Assembly: GCF_009914755.1 (NCBI RefSeq)
Contig: NC_060928.1
Source: the human T2T-CHM13v2.0 reference genome, Homo sapiens
Strand: one strand, 5' to 3'
Length of the DNA: 64,000 nucleotides
The position numbers and the translations under genes were made by a program. The notes under the pieces are model-generated. The model was not told where the DNA came from. It was given only the letters and a program-made list of their open reading frames with translations, and did no database searches. Shown here piece by piece: positions 15,312-28,460 of the stretch (positions are counted from its first letter, which is position 1; each line of letters opens with the position of its first letter).

Positions 15312-18300
15312 TAATTTCTTAGGTTTTTATGTCTCTAAGAATTAAAAAAAACTTTGTCCATAATATATTTTGATACAATATATTTTACTACAAATTGTGA
15401 GCAGTGAAATTTTAAAAAGCATAAAGTAAGGGAGAATTGGACATCATAATCCCTTAACTAGTAAAATGACTCTAGACAATCGTGAGCTGGAAACTTCTGT
15501 CATCTACGTGTCTCCCACCCTTTTATACTCCCCTTACCACACATATTCCCCAAACTAGATTTTTTAAAACTTCTTTATTTTAATAATATATTAGGAAATA
15601 CTAAAATGTGTTCAGTATCTTATGAACCCTGATCATGATTCACCATCCTAAAACTGCTCTGATGTAGGGAAGATGCTGGCAGTGTTGAAAAACATTATGA
15701 CAGAATTTCTGCTAAAGAATTCTTTTACATGTCTAGTTTGTTGGGAAAAGGATTAGAAATTAATTAGAATTAATCTGAGATTCAATTTATGCCAATTCAA
15801 TAGACTTTAATGTTTTTGAACTTTTATTTTTGTGAACAAAGATTTTAATTGTAACATTTGATCAATAGGCATTTATTGAACATCTACTCCGTTACAAGGT
15901 ATTGTGCCAGGCCACCACAAGAAGCTAAAAAAAAAAAAAGACCCGCAAAATCTTAACTCATAATAAAACACCCCATATGGTAATTGCCAAAGGAGTAATA
16001 TGGATGAAAGTTAGTTTGGGAGTATGGGAACAATAATTGCTCAGAAATAAAATGAAAAAGTAAAAAGGGAGAGAGTTATGAGATTTAGAATTAACCTTTA
16101 AGTGAGATTTTGGAAGAAGTTAGAAAGGAAAAGAAGGAACCAAAGGAGGGTGAAATGGGGCAGCCCTTCTGTGGAATAAAAGATGTTTCAACCAAGTTCT
16201 AATCTAATGAGTTGCAGGATGACAATGAAGGTGTTTCTCAACTGTACAAGGAAGAGAAATCACATTAAAATACTGCCGAGCCAATAAAAAGAGGATATAA
16301 CACAAGAAAAACAAATGCATTTGTGTGAAAGATATGTAAAGTTTAGTACATCAACTTTATAAACTGTTTCAGTGTTTTCTTGGAACACACAAATTTGACA
16401 ATGTGTGTGAGTCCACAGATGGTAGTTTCAGGAGAGGAGGAGCTTTCAAGGTGAGAATGGCAAACTGGAGATTTCCCACTTTGGTGGCCATAATGCCAAT
16501 GGTCATATTGCCTGGGCGAAAGAAGCCTGCTCACTCACTCTCCCAGCCTCTCCAGCATGCAGTGGGGCTTTATTAAAGAGTGTGCACAGTCCTTTTTGTG
16601 CTCTGAAAAGACAAGCTATACAATATTGCATGCTTTACTTATTCTACCAGAAACTTGTATTGTTCATAGAAGTACTCCATATTCATACGTACAAATGGTT
16701 TACAGGTAGACTCTTGACTGAATAAAATAATGTATCATACCTGGAAAAGTGAACACTACAAACAATCTGAAGCCTTAATTCAAAAGAAAGGATAAGCAGG
16801 GCATAATCCAGGAGCAGCCAAAATTCTGGGGAGAGTCACCTGATGTAGAAGAAGGGCAATAATAAAAGGAGGAAATGAAGAAGGTGGAAAATAAAGGGAA
16901 GGTAAAGAAAAGGAATGGAGAGAGACTTCAATTTCTCTCATCCATGAAGCTGTGTTGACAGCTATTCCTAATCCAGCATTCTCTGACAAGGCATTTTGTA
17001 TAAATGTGGTGTCCAGCAGAGACTTTGTGTTGCCAGGCTGCTCCAGCCACTGTGGCCTCATCCTCTCTCCACCTCCATGGTGGCACCCCACCCAGATTCC
17101 TTTCTTGTCAAACTTGTTTCCAGTCACCCAAGCCCTCTAGTCTGTGACCTCTTGGTCAAACTGTCTGTTACCCAGGACACAAATAGATCGAGGGTGTCAG
17201 ATAACATGGTAATTTGGTGGGGGAGAAGAGGGTTTGAGTGAACACTGCAATACCCTTTAGAATACTCCTTTCCCCAACTACTCAAACCCTTAAAAGTAAA
17301 TGCCCTTTCTCCACCTATGTTTCTCTGTCTCTAAGTCACTGAAAAGCAACTGAGCGTGTGATTCATACTTCTTTGTATTTATTTGCTTCGATGCATTCAT
17401 TGTCTCTCTAGAGCTAACTTAGTGGAACATTTGAGTCAATTCTATTTTTCTTGGGAGAGTGGAATAACATAAAGTTGGGTGCTGACGAAGTTGATCTGTA
17501 TTGCTCTGTAGGAATGACATAGAGCATTGTGTGCACTGCAGTTAGAGCAGCGACACTACATGAAGTGATGAACACTCTGTAACCACATCTTAAACAGAAA
17601 GCCATTTTCTCTGAGAACGAACTGATTGGTGATGTCCAATTAATACACATACACAGCACTTGTCACATTGTTGATGCCTGCTGAGACTCTGGAAAGCCTT
17701 GTTTACTGCATGTCTCCGCTGCCACCCTCCATCCCCTGCCAGAAATTCTCAGGATCACTATACAGGCTGTGAACACACTGAAGCAGGAGCAGTGGCCTTT
17801 GAAGAAGCTAGGATGTGACCTTGAGAGTAATGCAACGATGCAGCGTTCTCAGCAGACATGCACACCAGCACAGCCACTTTCTCACACCCCTAAGTATAGA
17901 GATTTGAGTGAATGCTCTCAGCAAAACTTCTGTTCCAATAAACAAGTCAGAGGTAGGGTCCAGGTTGAGGCGGAGTGTGCCATCTGTTCAAAATATATAT
18001 ATATATATATAGTGTGTGTATATATATATACAGATACACACTAAGAGGTTATAATGAGTCAGGCATGCATTTAAATAAAACTATTTTGTATAAGAAAAAA
18101 AGAATCTTCTTAAGAGGTACAGGAATTGCTCTGCAGGTTGGCTGGCAATTCCTGAAAGCCCTAATAATATCACATCTCCCTTTTGCTTGCACCCACCTTA
18201 TCTCAGATTTTTCTTCAATGGGGGCGGGGGACGGGGGGAACAGAGGTTAGGCAGAGGGAGAGAGACAGAGATACAGAAACAGAATCATCTTCCTATTCAG

Positions 18301-18539
18301 GAATTTGCTCAGTGCCTGAGTCAGTAATGTTTCCAGGTGAGGGCACAGGAACTTAGGATGTGCACTGTCTTGAATTCTTCCTTCAGCTCTGTTATCTTTT
18401 GGTAAATTCTGTATATTTTGACTGGGCACGTGGGCCTAGCACATAAGTCAGTGCAGACGTATCATTTTACTTTCCATTACTTATGTGTAAAGAAAAAACA
18501 AATAGGTCAGAGTCGGAAGGAGGCAGGGTCCAGACCAGT

Positions 18540-21020
18540 TGTGGGTGGGATCGGATAGGAGCCTAGGACTTCAGCGCGACCTCAAGCCAGGACTTCTGCG
18601 AGGTCTCAGGTCCGAGGGCCAGGTCGGGCGCCGGTTGCACCGCCCACCGCGCGCCTCCCCTTCGTCCCCAGGCCCTGGTCCGGGGCTCTTGCTGCCACTC
18701 CCAACCCACTGAGCCCTGCCTCCTGGGATCCCACCCCGGGCGCCAGGGATGGCAGCAGAGCGACCTTTCTCGGCCCTGTGGACAGCCGCTCCTCCTAGAC
18801 TCCAGCTTTCCCCCACTAACTTTTATAAGAGATGAAAAGCTGTTCACACGTTCTCAAGTGTGAAAGAAAAGGAAATTCTCTTGTGTTAGAAGCCCTGAAC
18901 CTCAAACTCCGCAAGGAGAACGGTTGACTCAGTCACCCCCCTTCCTCCAGTCCCTCATTTGTCCTCCGCTTCCTGCGGCTGAACGGTCCTTGATAAGTGG
19001 CCTCCAGAAGATTCGGTACTTTGGGCCAGGGGCAAGGCTGGGGCTGCTCTAGGTGCAGAGCTCTCTATAGGTCCTCTCTCCCAGGACCGGATAGATGATT
19101 CATTTTTATACGTAACGTTTTACCCCAGTCTATTCCCGCAGCTGGTTAATGTTCAACCCCCGGGCCTCGAGAGGCAGCTCCAAGGAGGCAGGCAGGCATG
19201 ACCCATTCAAGGTATATGGCTGCTCGGGAGTGAAGGCGCGGAGGCCCGAGAAAGGGTGAGAAGGGATGTGGCGGGGGGCTCCTCCGGCCCTGGACTCCCT
19301 GGGTGGACTAGAAAAGGGCAAAGAAGTGGTCACATCTGTGGGCCAGACTGGTGCGCGATCTTTGGAGGCGCAGCAGCAAGGCCGCGCCAGGGCTGAGCCC
19401 AGACCGCCCACGAGGAGGCCCGCCAGGCCCGGAGCAGCGGCGCGTGCGGGGGCGTGCCGAGCGCAGGCTCTAGGGCCCCTGCTTCGCCCCAGCTGGACCC
19501 CGCGGGCGGTCGGTGCAGCTCGAGCGTGTGGGCTGCGATGCCCTGCCTGAGACTTCGGGCTAGGGATGCGGGCGGGAAGTGGGGGTGCGGCGGCAGCTGC
19601 AGATTAGATTCCTTTTTTTTTTGGCCGGAGGGACGTGCAAACTTCTAGTGCCCGGGCCAAGAGGGCGACCCCGGAGGTGCGTAGGTGGCCCTCCGGGTTC
19701 CCGCTTCTCCTAGTGCCTCTGAAAATACCGTCAGGGTAAAGGGAGACAGGCAGTAAGTCTTACCACCACCGCCCTTCCCCCATGTCATTGGCCAAAAACT
19801 GAACATTAAGATAAAGCAGCTGTTTCAGTCAATGGAAAGCGGTAGGGCGAGGTTGTACCCAAAACCCGGTTTAGACGGCCAATGAAGTCCTAGGAAAAGC
19901 CGCCCCGGGGGCACGTTCAGGTGGAGCGGCTGCACCTCGGGTCGTTCTAAGGGATGGGCTGCGTGGTACCCACGGAATTCATGGGTCCAAAAGGTCCTGG
20001 TCACCTGTCCAAACATCCATCCCCTGGCGCATGGCGGTTGACAAGATGGCCCGGCCACCCAGAGGAAGGAGGATCCGGGACGGGGAACTTCGCGCCGGGA
20101 AGCTGTAGCCCAGAGCTGCAGCTCAGCATTCGCAAGAGATTCATCTTTTTTTTCTCTCGTGTTCGGAGAAACAGATAAACAAGACACCGCCTCATCAGAT
20201 AAGAACGTCTCCTTCGATGTCACGGATTTCAAGAGGTAGCTGGAGAAACTGACGTCAGGAGTGTCCTGTGAATGAACATCGCCCGAGGCCTAGCACCCAC
20301 AGAAGAAGGGTTCTATTTTACTCTACTTTGCTTGATATTATTTATTTTCTAACAAAGTGATCCGTAGTCTGCAACCTTAGGCTCTGACAGGCAAAGCCCA
20401 TTTCTTAGCTCTGGGGATGGCTTGCAGGGTCTCCACCTCTGTCCACTTTGGTGTCCTCTTTCTCCCTTCGGCTCCCCACCTCCATCCCCCGAGCCCACAC
20501 ACAGCGGGGTGAAGCTGTCGGGGAGACTCGTGGGCAACCAAATGCAGGCACCCTCTGAAGAGACGCCGAGAAGGCCCTGCATTCGATCCGGGAGGACATA
20601 GAAAGATGCCATGAAGTTCTATTGGGTGCAGCAAGCCGTTCCCCACGCACACTCCCCGTGATACCTGCCCAGAGAAGCAGAAGCAGTTTCGAGGGCTGTT
20701 GACACAGGCAGAGCGGGGAAACGCGCCCAAGAATTGGGCTGCCACTGGTATGGGTCCCAAGTCACATTCAATAAGCTGCCCACCGCTTTCTGGGGGACAG
20801 CAGTGGTGGTTCTAGGTCTCATCTTTCCAGAGCGACGAGGATAAAAGTTCCTGCCCAGGACTGTGTGCGAGGGGGTCCCGCACTGCTGCAAACTCTCAGC
20901 GGAGGCAGAGAGGCTTTGCTGTTTCTGGAGAGAGGAAGCATTGGCAGAGGCAGTCTCCGGGCTGTGAGGAATCCACCCTCATGCCTTAGTGTGGGTACGT
21001 CAGGTCCCAGCATCAGCGGG
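18540..21020. promoter_or_regulatory. CpG island inside the PANCR intron with no assigned gene
   Basis: Dense CpG at 18570-18790 and 19230-20290, CRE TGACGTCA 20250-20257, CCAAT motifs ~19787 and ~19879. Confidence 0.75.
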
Positions 21021-21049
21021 CCATTTCCTCAGTTGCATGAATGGAGGAA

Positions 21050-21099
21050 AAACCAAACCAAACCAAACCAAACCAAACCAAACCAAACCAAACCAAACC
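21050..21099 (+). repeat. (AAACC)10 pentanucleotide microsatellite
   Basis: Counted directly. Confidence 0.97.
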
Positions 21100-22159
21100 T
21101 TGGCTGTGGACAAAGAAAACAGGAGAGGGAGAGGATGGAGGAGAAAAAGAGCACGAGGGAGGGCAAACACCTTAAACATTTTTTGCCGTAAGACTAGAAG
21201 AACTAGGTCTGGAAAGATCCATCAAAGTCCCAGGGTGCAGACACACACCCTGCCCAGGGAGAGCCCAGTGAGTCTGAACTTCTCTTAGTCCTTCTGAAGG
21301 AAGGAAATTTAAAAAGCACCTCTCACTACCACCAAAAAGTAAACACTTTTACCATGTAGTCATTACATGTTTTTGAATTTTTTTAATTGTAAGGAATTTA
21401 GATGGCTCTTATAGCCATTCTTCTGCAGAGTAACTTAAGCTTCAAATAGCTCCTGTTTTCCACAACTACCACTGAACTGTAGAAATGTATTGTTACAAAA
21501 GGAGTAGAAATGACTTTTAAAGGTAATTAAGTATAATTAAATATATCTTCAGGGGGTATTTCATTTCTTGCAGGATTCTCTACTCTTCAAAAAAATCTAA
21601 AATCAACATTTACATTTTAAAAATGCATAAAATACTCAGCACAGAAGTGAATGAAGTTATGCATCCCAAACACAGTAAATTCTGCTTTCTATCTTTTCAG
21701 ATAGACAGTCAACAATGGGAAGTCCTCCCTTTGGGGAGGGGGCAGGGAAGGGTGGGAGGGGCCAAGTGTGATAAATTTTTAAGATTAGAGTAAAATTTCC
21801 CTGGGTTCATCTGCTAGAACCTGAAAAGGTAAATCAGTTACGTGTTTACAATGGTGTTTCTACTTAACCCCCTTAAAAAAAAAAACTCGAATTACCATTT
21901 TCTCAAGTTCAGTTAATGAAATGTTTGGGAACCTGGGGAAGAAAAGCTATTTTTAAAAAAATTCCTTCTGAAAATCTGCTACCAGAAATTCCTCTCGTTT
22001 ACTTCCAGACTTCTTCAGTCAACCACGTTTCTTGCTTCCCGGTGTGCTTAGATTAACTGCAGTTCCTCAGGGGGTTTATAAATCAATCAATAGGGAGTCT
22101 ATATTCATAAAGGCCTCTGATCTAATTACACCCCCTCCTTTTTTCCCCCTCTCTAAAAA

Positions 22160-24280
22160 AGTTAAGTCGCGGAGCCAGGGACTCCCAGGGTAGCTCCGTC
22201 CACTAAGGGCGGCTGGAGGCTGGGGAGTCCCGGCGACGGCGGCGGGGGCATCCGTGGATTAGGATGTGGATTGCAGGACAGACCTTTGTTTGGTCACATT
22301 CGCGACAGGGATTGGGGGAAGGGTCGTCCTCCTTCGAGATCACGCTGGATTTTTATAGACTCGCCTTAAAAGGGCTCACTCTTCACAGGGTTAATTTATA
22401 CGGCTTTCGAGGAATATTAGGACTTTTAAGACGCTGTTTATATTGTCCCATTAATTTTTTTGTTACACTCCTAACCCCCACCCCTACACCCCCCGGCTTC
22501 AGCATCTAATAGAAAGGGGGTGGGGGTGAGGGAAAAAGCAGGGCAAGGAGGCGAAGAGAATTTGCCTTCTAATCAAACTACTTACTCGGCCCAGGCTCTC
22601 CAACATGTTTTTAAAAATTAAATTTCTAACCAAGTCGTAAACACTAAAACTCAGATTTAGGAATTGGGAGGAAGGAGAGACAATCATGGGCTGTATACAC
22701 CTTTTCCCAGGTCTCCACTAATCTGAAATCGGTATTAGCGGAATGAAGACTTTGGGGCCTTGGAAATTTTTAAAGAGGTTTACTTTTTTTTTTTTTTTTA
22801 ATAAAACAAAACCCGAGGATAGGCCAAAGATACCGAGAGAAGAAAAGGTGCCTGCTAGTAACAGGTGAGGGATGGAAGGGGGTGGCGGGGAGAAAGCCCC
22901 CAGACGGCGGATCGTCTGCGCGGGGTTCCTGCCCCAGGCCTGGCGAACCTCTGAGCGCTCAAGGAGCACGGCGGCAGTGCGCTGAGGCCAGTGAGGCCTG
23001 GGCGCCTCCGGGCCCAACCTCGAGCTCGCCATTTTTGAACCCAAGCGGGGAAGGTTGGTGCTCATGCTATAGATTATGTTAAAGGTTCCTTTAAGCACTT
23101 TAATACACAACTAGCTCAGAAATCATTAAGAGACCTAGAGAAGGAGAAAAAATACCCTCACACTCACCGGTAATAAGTGTTGACATGCAGCAAAAATCGG
23201 TTGAGTGGAACCGAGGTGGTGGTTGCAGCGACGGCTAGAGGGGGACCCGTGCAGGGGCGGGAGGGGCGAGGGGACTGACTGCACCGGCTCTGGGAGCTAG
23301 GTTTCTCTCGCTGGATGGGAAAAGGAGGTGCGGAAAGGGGCAGGCGGCCTGCGGGCTAGCGGGGATGAGAGTTGTGGGGAGAACGGAGGAGAGAGTAAAA
23401 TTATTCCTTTTGGAAGTCCAAGGGAAGGGAGCTGAGGTGAGAGAAATGGCCTCTCTTAGGTCCCAAGTCTCCGCCCCCAGCCTGCACCACTCAAGTCGGG
23501 GAAGTGACAACTCTTCCTAAACCTCGACTTCCATTTTTTGTTTCCTGCAGATTGATTGATGTCCTCGCGTTGTTCTAGTTCAGCAACCAAACTAGGCCGA
23601 GGTACACCTCTTCTACCCAGAGCTCCCAAATCACTCACCAACCTGCAGGAGACCTAAATCCTCCGGGCAGGTCTCGTTAGCGCTTCCAGCCCCCATCCCC
23701 AAATCCCCTCTTCTAGCTCCTTCCTTCCCCTCCGCCCTTTGGCCCTCCCCGCCCCCTACCAGGCTGAGAGGCGGAGAGGCCGGGACCGCTGGGCCCTGCG
23801 GCTCCAGAAGCCAAAGTCCGCCCGTGGGGACCGTTTTCCTCTCCACTGCTCTCAAGTGAACAACATGGTGGGAGGTGACCCTCGTCCAAAGGGCTTTTAT
23901 CTGCCCCCCACTGCTGCGTGATCCCTCCGCAAGTCGGAGGCAGAGCTTTAAAAAGAAAGAAAGTGTGCGTTGAGCACTGATCTTAAATCGGGGACATTAT
24001 CTGCGATCTCTTTAAGTGGCAGCAGCAGTTTCTTGCAGAACAAAGACTCAGTGTTCGAGCTCCAAAAGCTTCTAGGTAAAGTTTCATTCAGATGAAAGCA
24101 ACTAAGGCGAAAAAACAATGATATTGTCGGCTCCAGAAAATCGGCGGTTACTTTTTGCTCTAAGTTCCCCAGCGTGGTGTTTGTTCTCGCCCACTTTGGT
24201 TGTGCGGGGGGTTGACAAGCATAACAAAAGATCTCAGCACATCCCTCCCCCCACCTCCACAACGACCCTCCTAGCGCCAT
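22160..24280. promoter_or_regulatory. CpG-rich region and PANCR promoter
   Basis: CpG-dense blocks around the 23168 donor, GC box GGGGCGGG ~23253. Confidence 0.7.
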
Positions 24281-25299
24281 GAGGATGAATTCTCTGGGAC
24301 TAAGTGGTATTTGTTTCTATTTGTTATGAAATCAAATTTCACATTTTTTTAAAGCTGAAAATCGCGGATAAAGAAGGATCGGGTGCTTAAAGTTCATTTA
24401 AACACTCACACCGAACTCATTCCCTGTTTAGATGTCAGAGGATGGCAGGGAGGGCCAGGGCTGTAATTCATCTTGATTTGCTTCATTGTCCTGCAGTTTG
24501 CAAACTATAATCCTGTATAATTTCAGGAACAAGCAGGTTTAGAATTAATGGGTCAATATTATTTAAAACAAAACACCGGGAGCATGACCTTTGCCTCAAC
24601 TACATATTGCTCGACAAGACTCAGGAAACTCCACTCTAACCTCTCAACCCCTGAGTTCTTTGAGAAACTGAAGGGCTGTAGTTATTAGAAATCATCTTTG
24701 TTTCTTTTAATGTCTCCAAAGGATTTGGAAATAGTAATGCAATATAACATGAAGGATCTCTCTACTTAAGCCTGAAGATAAACGTGGAAGCCTAAATATT
24801 TTGAACTGGAGATGTTTCCCTGTAAATTTATTATAGATGTATTCCTCCTGAGAGAAATGCATATAAACTATACATGTATACATGCACAAATATTTCTCCA
24901 GAACAATTTGCTAGAGGTGTAGGTTTCCCCGTAAAGGAGTAAACTTGAGAGTCATTTTAAGCTGATGGACTTGCTAAATTTCTTTCTTCTTTTTTCTTTT
25001 TCATATTATTTGCTAGCCATAATGGAATCCTCTAGGTTTAAGCCAAAGAAAAATTGGAGAGACAAAATTAGATTTTGTAGCCCTTTTCCCCCCCGGGAAT
25101 GCCTTTTTTTTTCTTTTTAGTTTCTGATGAATGGCTATCATTTATTTCTACCAAATTTAAATAAGGACTGCTGCCTTGTATGTTTAACTAGGCAGGCAGA
25201 GGGAACTGGTTTGTTTAGGAAGCAGTGACTGAGATGTCCTGGCCAAGTTAGTGACAGAGGAGGGGAGAAAGAATCCAGACCAATTTGTATGCAGTATAT

Positions 25300-25305
25300 T
25301 TTACT
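25300..25305 (-). terminator. Distal variant poly(A) signal AGTAAA (cleavage near 25283)
   Basis: tttact on the plus strand, with TGTA motifs upstream and a U/pyrimidine-rich tract downstream in transcript orientation. Confidence 0.5.
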
Positions 25306-25562
25306 CCCATGAAATAAAACACATTTGTTTCATATTTGCTGAAAAGTAAAACAATAATATTGTACGAAATGTTATACACAGGGTAGGTTGTACATAGCAG
25401 TTTCAGAAACATCATTGCATCCACCAGAGAAACTATTCTAAAACTGATATTCACACATTTTTTATAATAATAATAATATGTTAGAAACATACAGTGTGGC
25501 ATTTAGTATATACACTCCCTTGCTCGCAAGCGAAAAATCCTAATCGCTTCTGTATAACATGC

Positions 25563-25568
25563 TTTATT
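25563..25568 (-). terminator. Proximal poly(A) signal AATAAA in the PITX2 3' UTR
   Basis: tttatt on the plus strand. Confidence 0.5.
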
Positions 25569-25985
25569 TTAAAGCCTAACCTTTAAAAACACTGTTGTGA
25601 TATTACTAACAACTGCTTTTATAAAATTAATTTGACATTTCGATATATATACATCCTTTCAGTCATTTAAATGTTAACAATGCTAAACTTAAAAAATAAC
25701 AAGCTTATAGTAATGTTAAAATGTCATATCCAGTCAAACATTTGTTTGTGTATGTGTCCTTGCAACTGTTAGAAATACTTGTAGTGAAAGATGTCAGACA
25801 CTGAGGACATCCCTTTGAAATCAAAGGAGCTCTCTCTTTGATTCAGTGGTTTCCTTTTCTCTATATAGCTTCTCTTTCTCTCCCTTTCTTTAGTGCCCAC
25901 GACCTTCTAGCATAATTCCCAGTCTTTCAAGGGCGGAGTTGCCCCATCCGGCAAGGTCCTAGGATCCCGGCGCTGTGGGTGCGGC

Positions 25986-26675
<690 letters not shown>

Positions 26676-26859
26676 TCACTGCACCGCCCTGCACACCAAG
26701 ATACCAGGGCCAGCTTTCAGTTACTGGCCCGGGTCTCCACCAAGCGCAGGAGACCTGGTCTGCTCTGGCCTGCGAGCTGGGACTCGGAGCTACGCCACAA
26801 ACCTCAGCCGAACGCATGGAGACCTGCGGACGGTTTGATCACTCAGCCAGGCGTTTCTC

Positions 26860-28460
26860 CAGGTCCAAAAACACTTAATGTAAAACAAACGCGGGGCAGC
26901 AGGCTTTTCCAACCCTTCCCGGGGCACCTTGCAAACTTGCTTCCATTCCAAAGCCACAGACCCACGGATGAGGAGAAGGGGCTGGAAGGGCACTAGAGGA
27001 TCGCTCTTTCTCCCACGCAATTCCTCCCTTCCTTCCCTGACCTCCACTGTCGTCCCCCACCCCCTGGTACGTGCTCCCTTAACAGGGACTAGGCCGCCAA
27101 CACTCTTTCTCGCCTAGCAAAACAACCAAATAAAGAGCAAAAGACCACCTCTTCGTCAGCTCGTTAACTCCAGGAGCTTGGCATATTAAACTCCGGGAAC
27201 CCGGAAAGGGTAGTTTTGGAGATTCCCCCTTCTTTCGCTCTGCCTCTTCTTTACCCTAAGCCCACCACAGGCCTGTCCGCGCGCCAGGCCCAGCCGGGTC
27301 GTTTGGCTTTGCAGGCGGCCACCCAGGCCGGCCGGCTTCCACCCGTGTCCGGTGGCCCAGCCGCAACCCCGATCCCAATCCACATCGGGCCTCCCTGTCG
27401 CCCCAGACGGCGGCTTTTGTGTATTGGAGAGAGGCCTGGCCTGAGATATCCGAGCTGACACCAGTGATGTTTCACATTACACATCTCCGCCGGGCCCAGC
27501 CGTGTAATCCGCTTTTTCTCTTTTTCCTTTCATTCTTGATTTCCTTTTTATCCCCCTTCCTCTTTGCACCCGACTGCTATAAAAAGCACGCCTCACTCCC
27601 ACTTGGCTCGACAAGCAGCCGCCCTGGAAGGAGAGGCAGCTGCAAGGAGAGCCCAGCGCCGCGGCTACAAAGCACTAGGGTGGAGCTGCGGAATAGCGGG
27701 CGGGGTGGGAGGGCGTTTTCGAAGGATCCCAGAAAACCCATAGACTCTGTCTTTAATTACTTGCCATTTCTACCCTAGGCCATCTAAACTTTGCTCAGGC
27801 GAGAAGAGTACGTGAGAGGCCCGTTCCCTTGATGTGCAAGAGAGCTAATGAAAGACTGACCTTGCTCAAAACCACGCCGCCCAGGACCCAGCTCTGGCTC
27901 TGGACAGTTAAACTAAAACCATTTTCAACTTCTTCCCGGCCTTTTATCCACCAGCATAGCCTCATGCCTTGCACAAATGCCACCCAGAGAGTGTCTTCAT
28001 TCCCTCTGATTTGGGAGAGCATTTTGGTCTTTATTCTTTTTATCGTTGTTTTCTTCTTTTTGTTTGCTCTGCTCTAACCGGGGGCTTTATTTTTTCTACC
28101 CAGAGCACTTAATTTTTTTTTTTTAACAGCAAAGCCTCTGGATGCCGCTTGATTTGCTTGATTCTGTTTTCTGCTTCCAGAATCCTAACAAATTTGGAAT
28201 CTTCCACCGACCAGCATAAACCAGGACGTTGCTATTGGGTTATTTATTTGAGCTCATTTTTGCCAATCCATAAAGTACAGATTTGCTACAAAGTTAAGGT
28301 AAGCCCTTTTTACAAAACTATGATTATAATTTAGAAGAGGGGGTGTGAGTTTCAATTTCCAGAGTTCAACTCCTGAGAGAAGATAAATAAACCAAGCAGA
28401 AAAGTCTTTCTTCTTTTTTTCTTTCTCCTTCTAAGAGGACTAGTAGTTGTGTATTAAAAC
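26860..28460. promoter_or_regulatory. PITX2 asymmetric enhancer (ASE) region in the last intron
   Basis: FoxH1 sites AATCCACA 27377-27384, TGTGTATT 27418-27425 and TGTGTATT 28448-28455; Smad CAGAC 27404-27408; Nkx2-like CACTTAA 26872-26878 and 28106-28112; TAATCC 27505-27510. A Nodal-responsive FoxH1/Nkx2-5 enhancer in this intron is established. Boundaries are approximate. Confidence 0.75.

Larger units (their letters stand above)
25283..25985 (-). other. PITX2: PITX2 3' UTR, AU-rich, with miR-21 (ATAAGCT, 25702-25708) and miR-200a/141 (CAGTGTT, 25588-25594) seed matches
   Basis: Follows the stop codon. Seed matches read directly from the sequence; an ATTTA lies at 25668-25672 on the minus strand. 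Confidence 0.8.
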
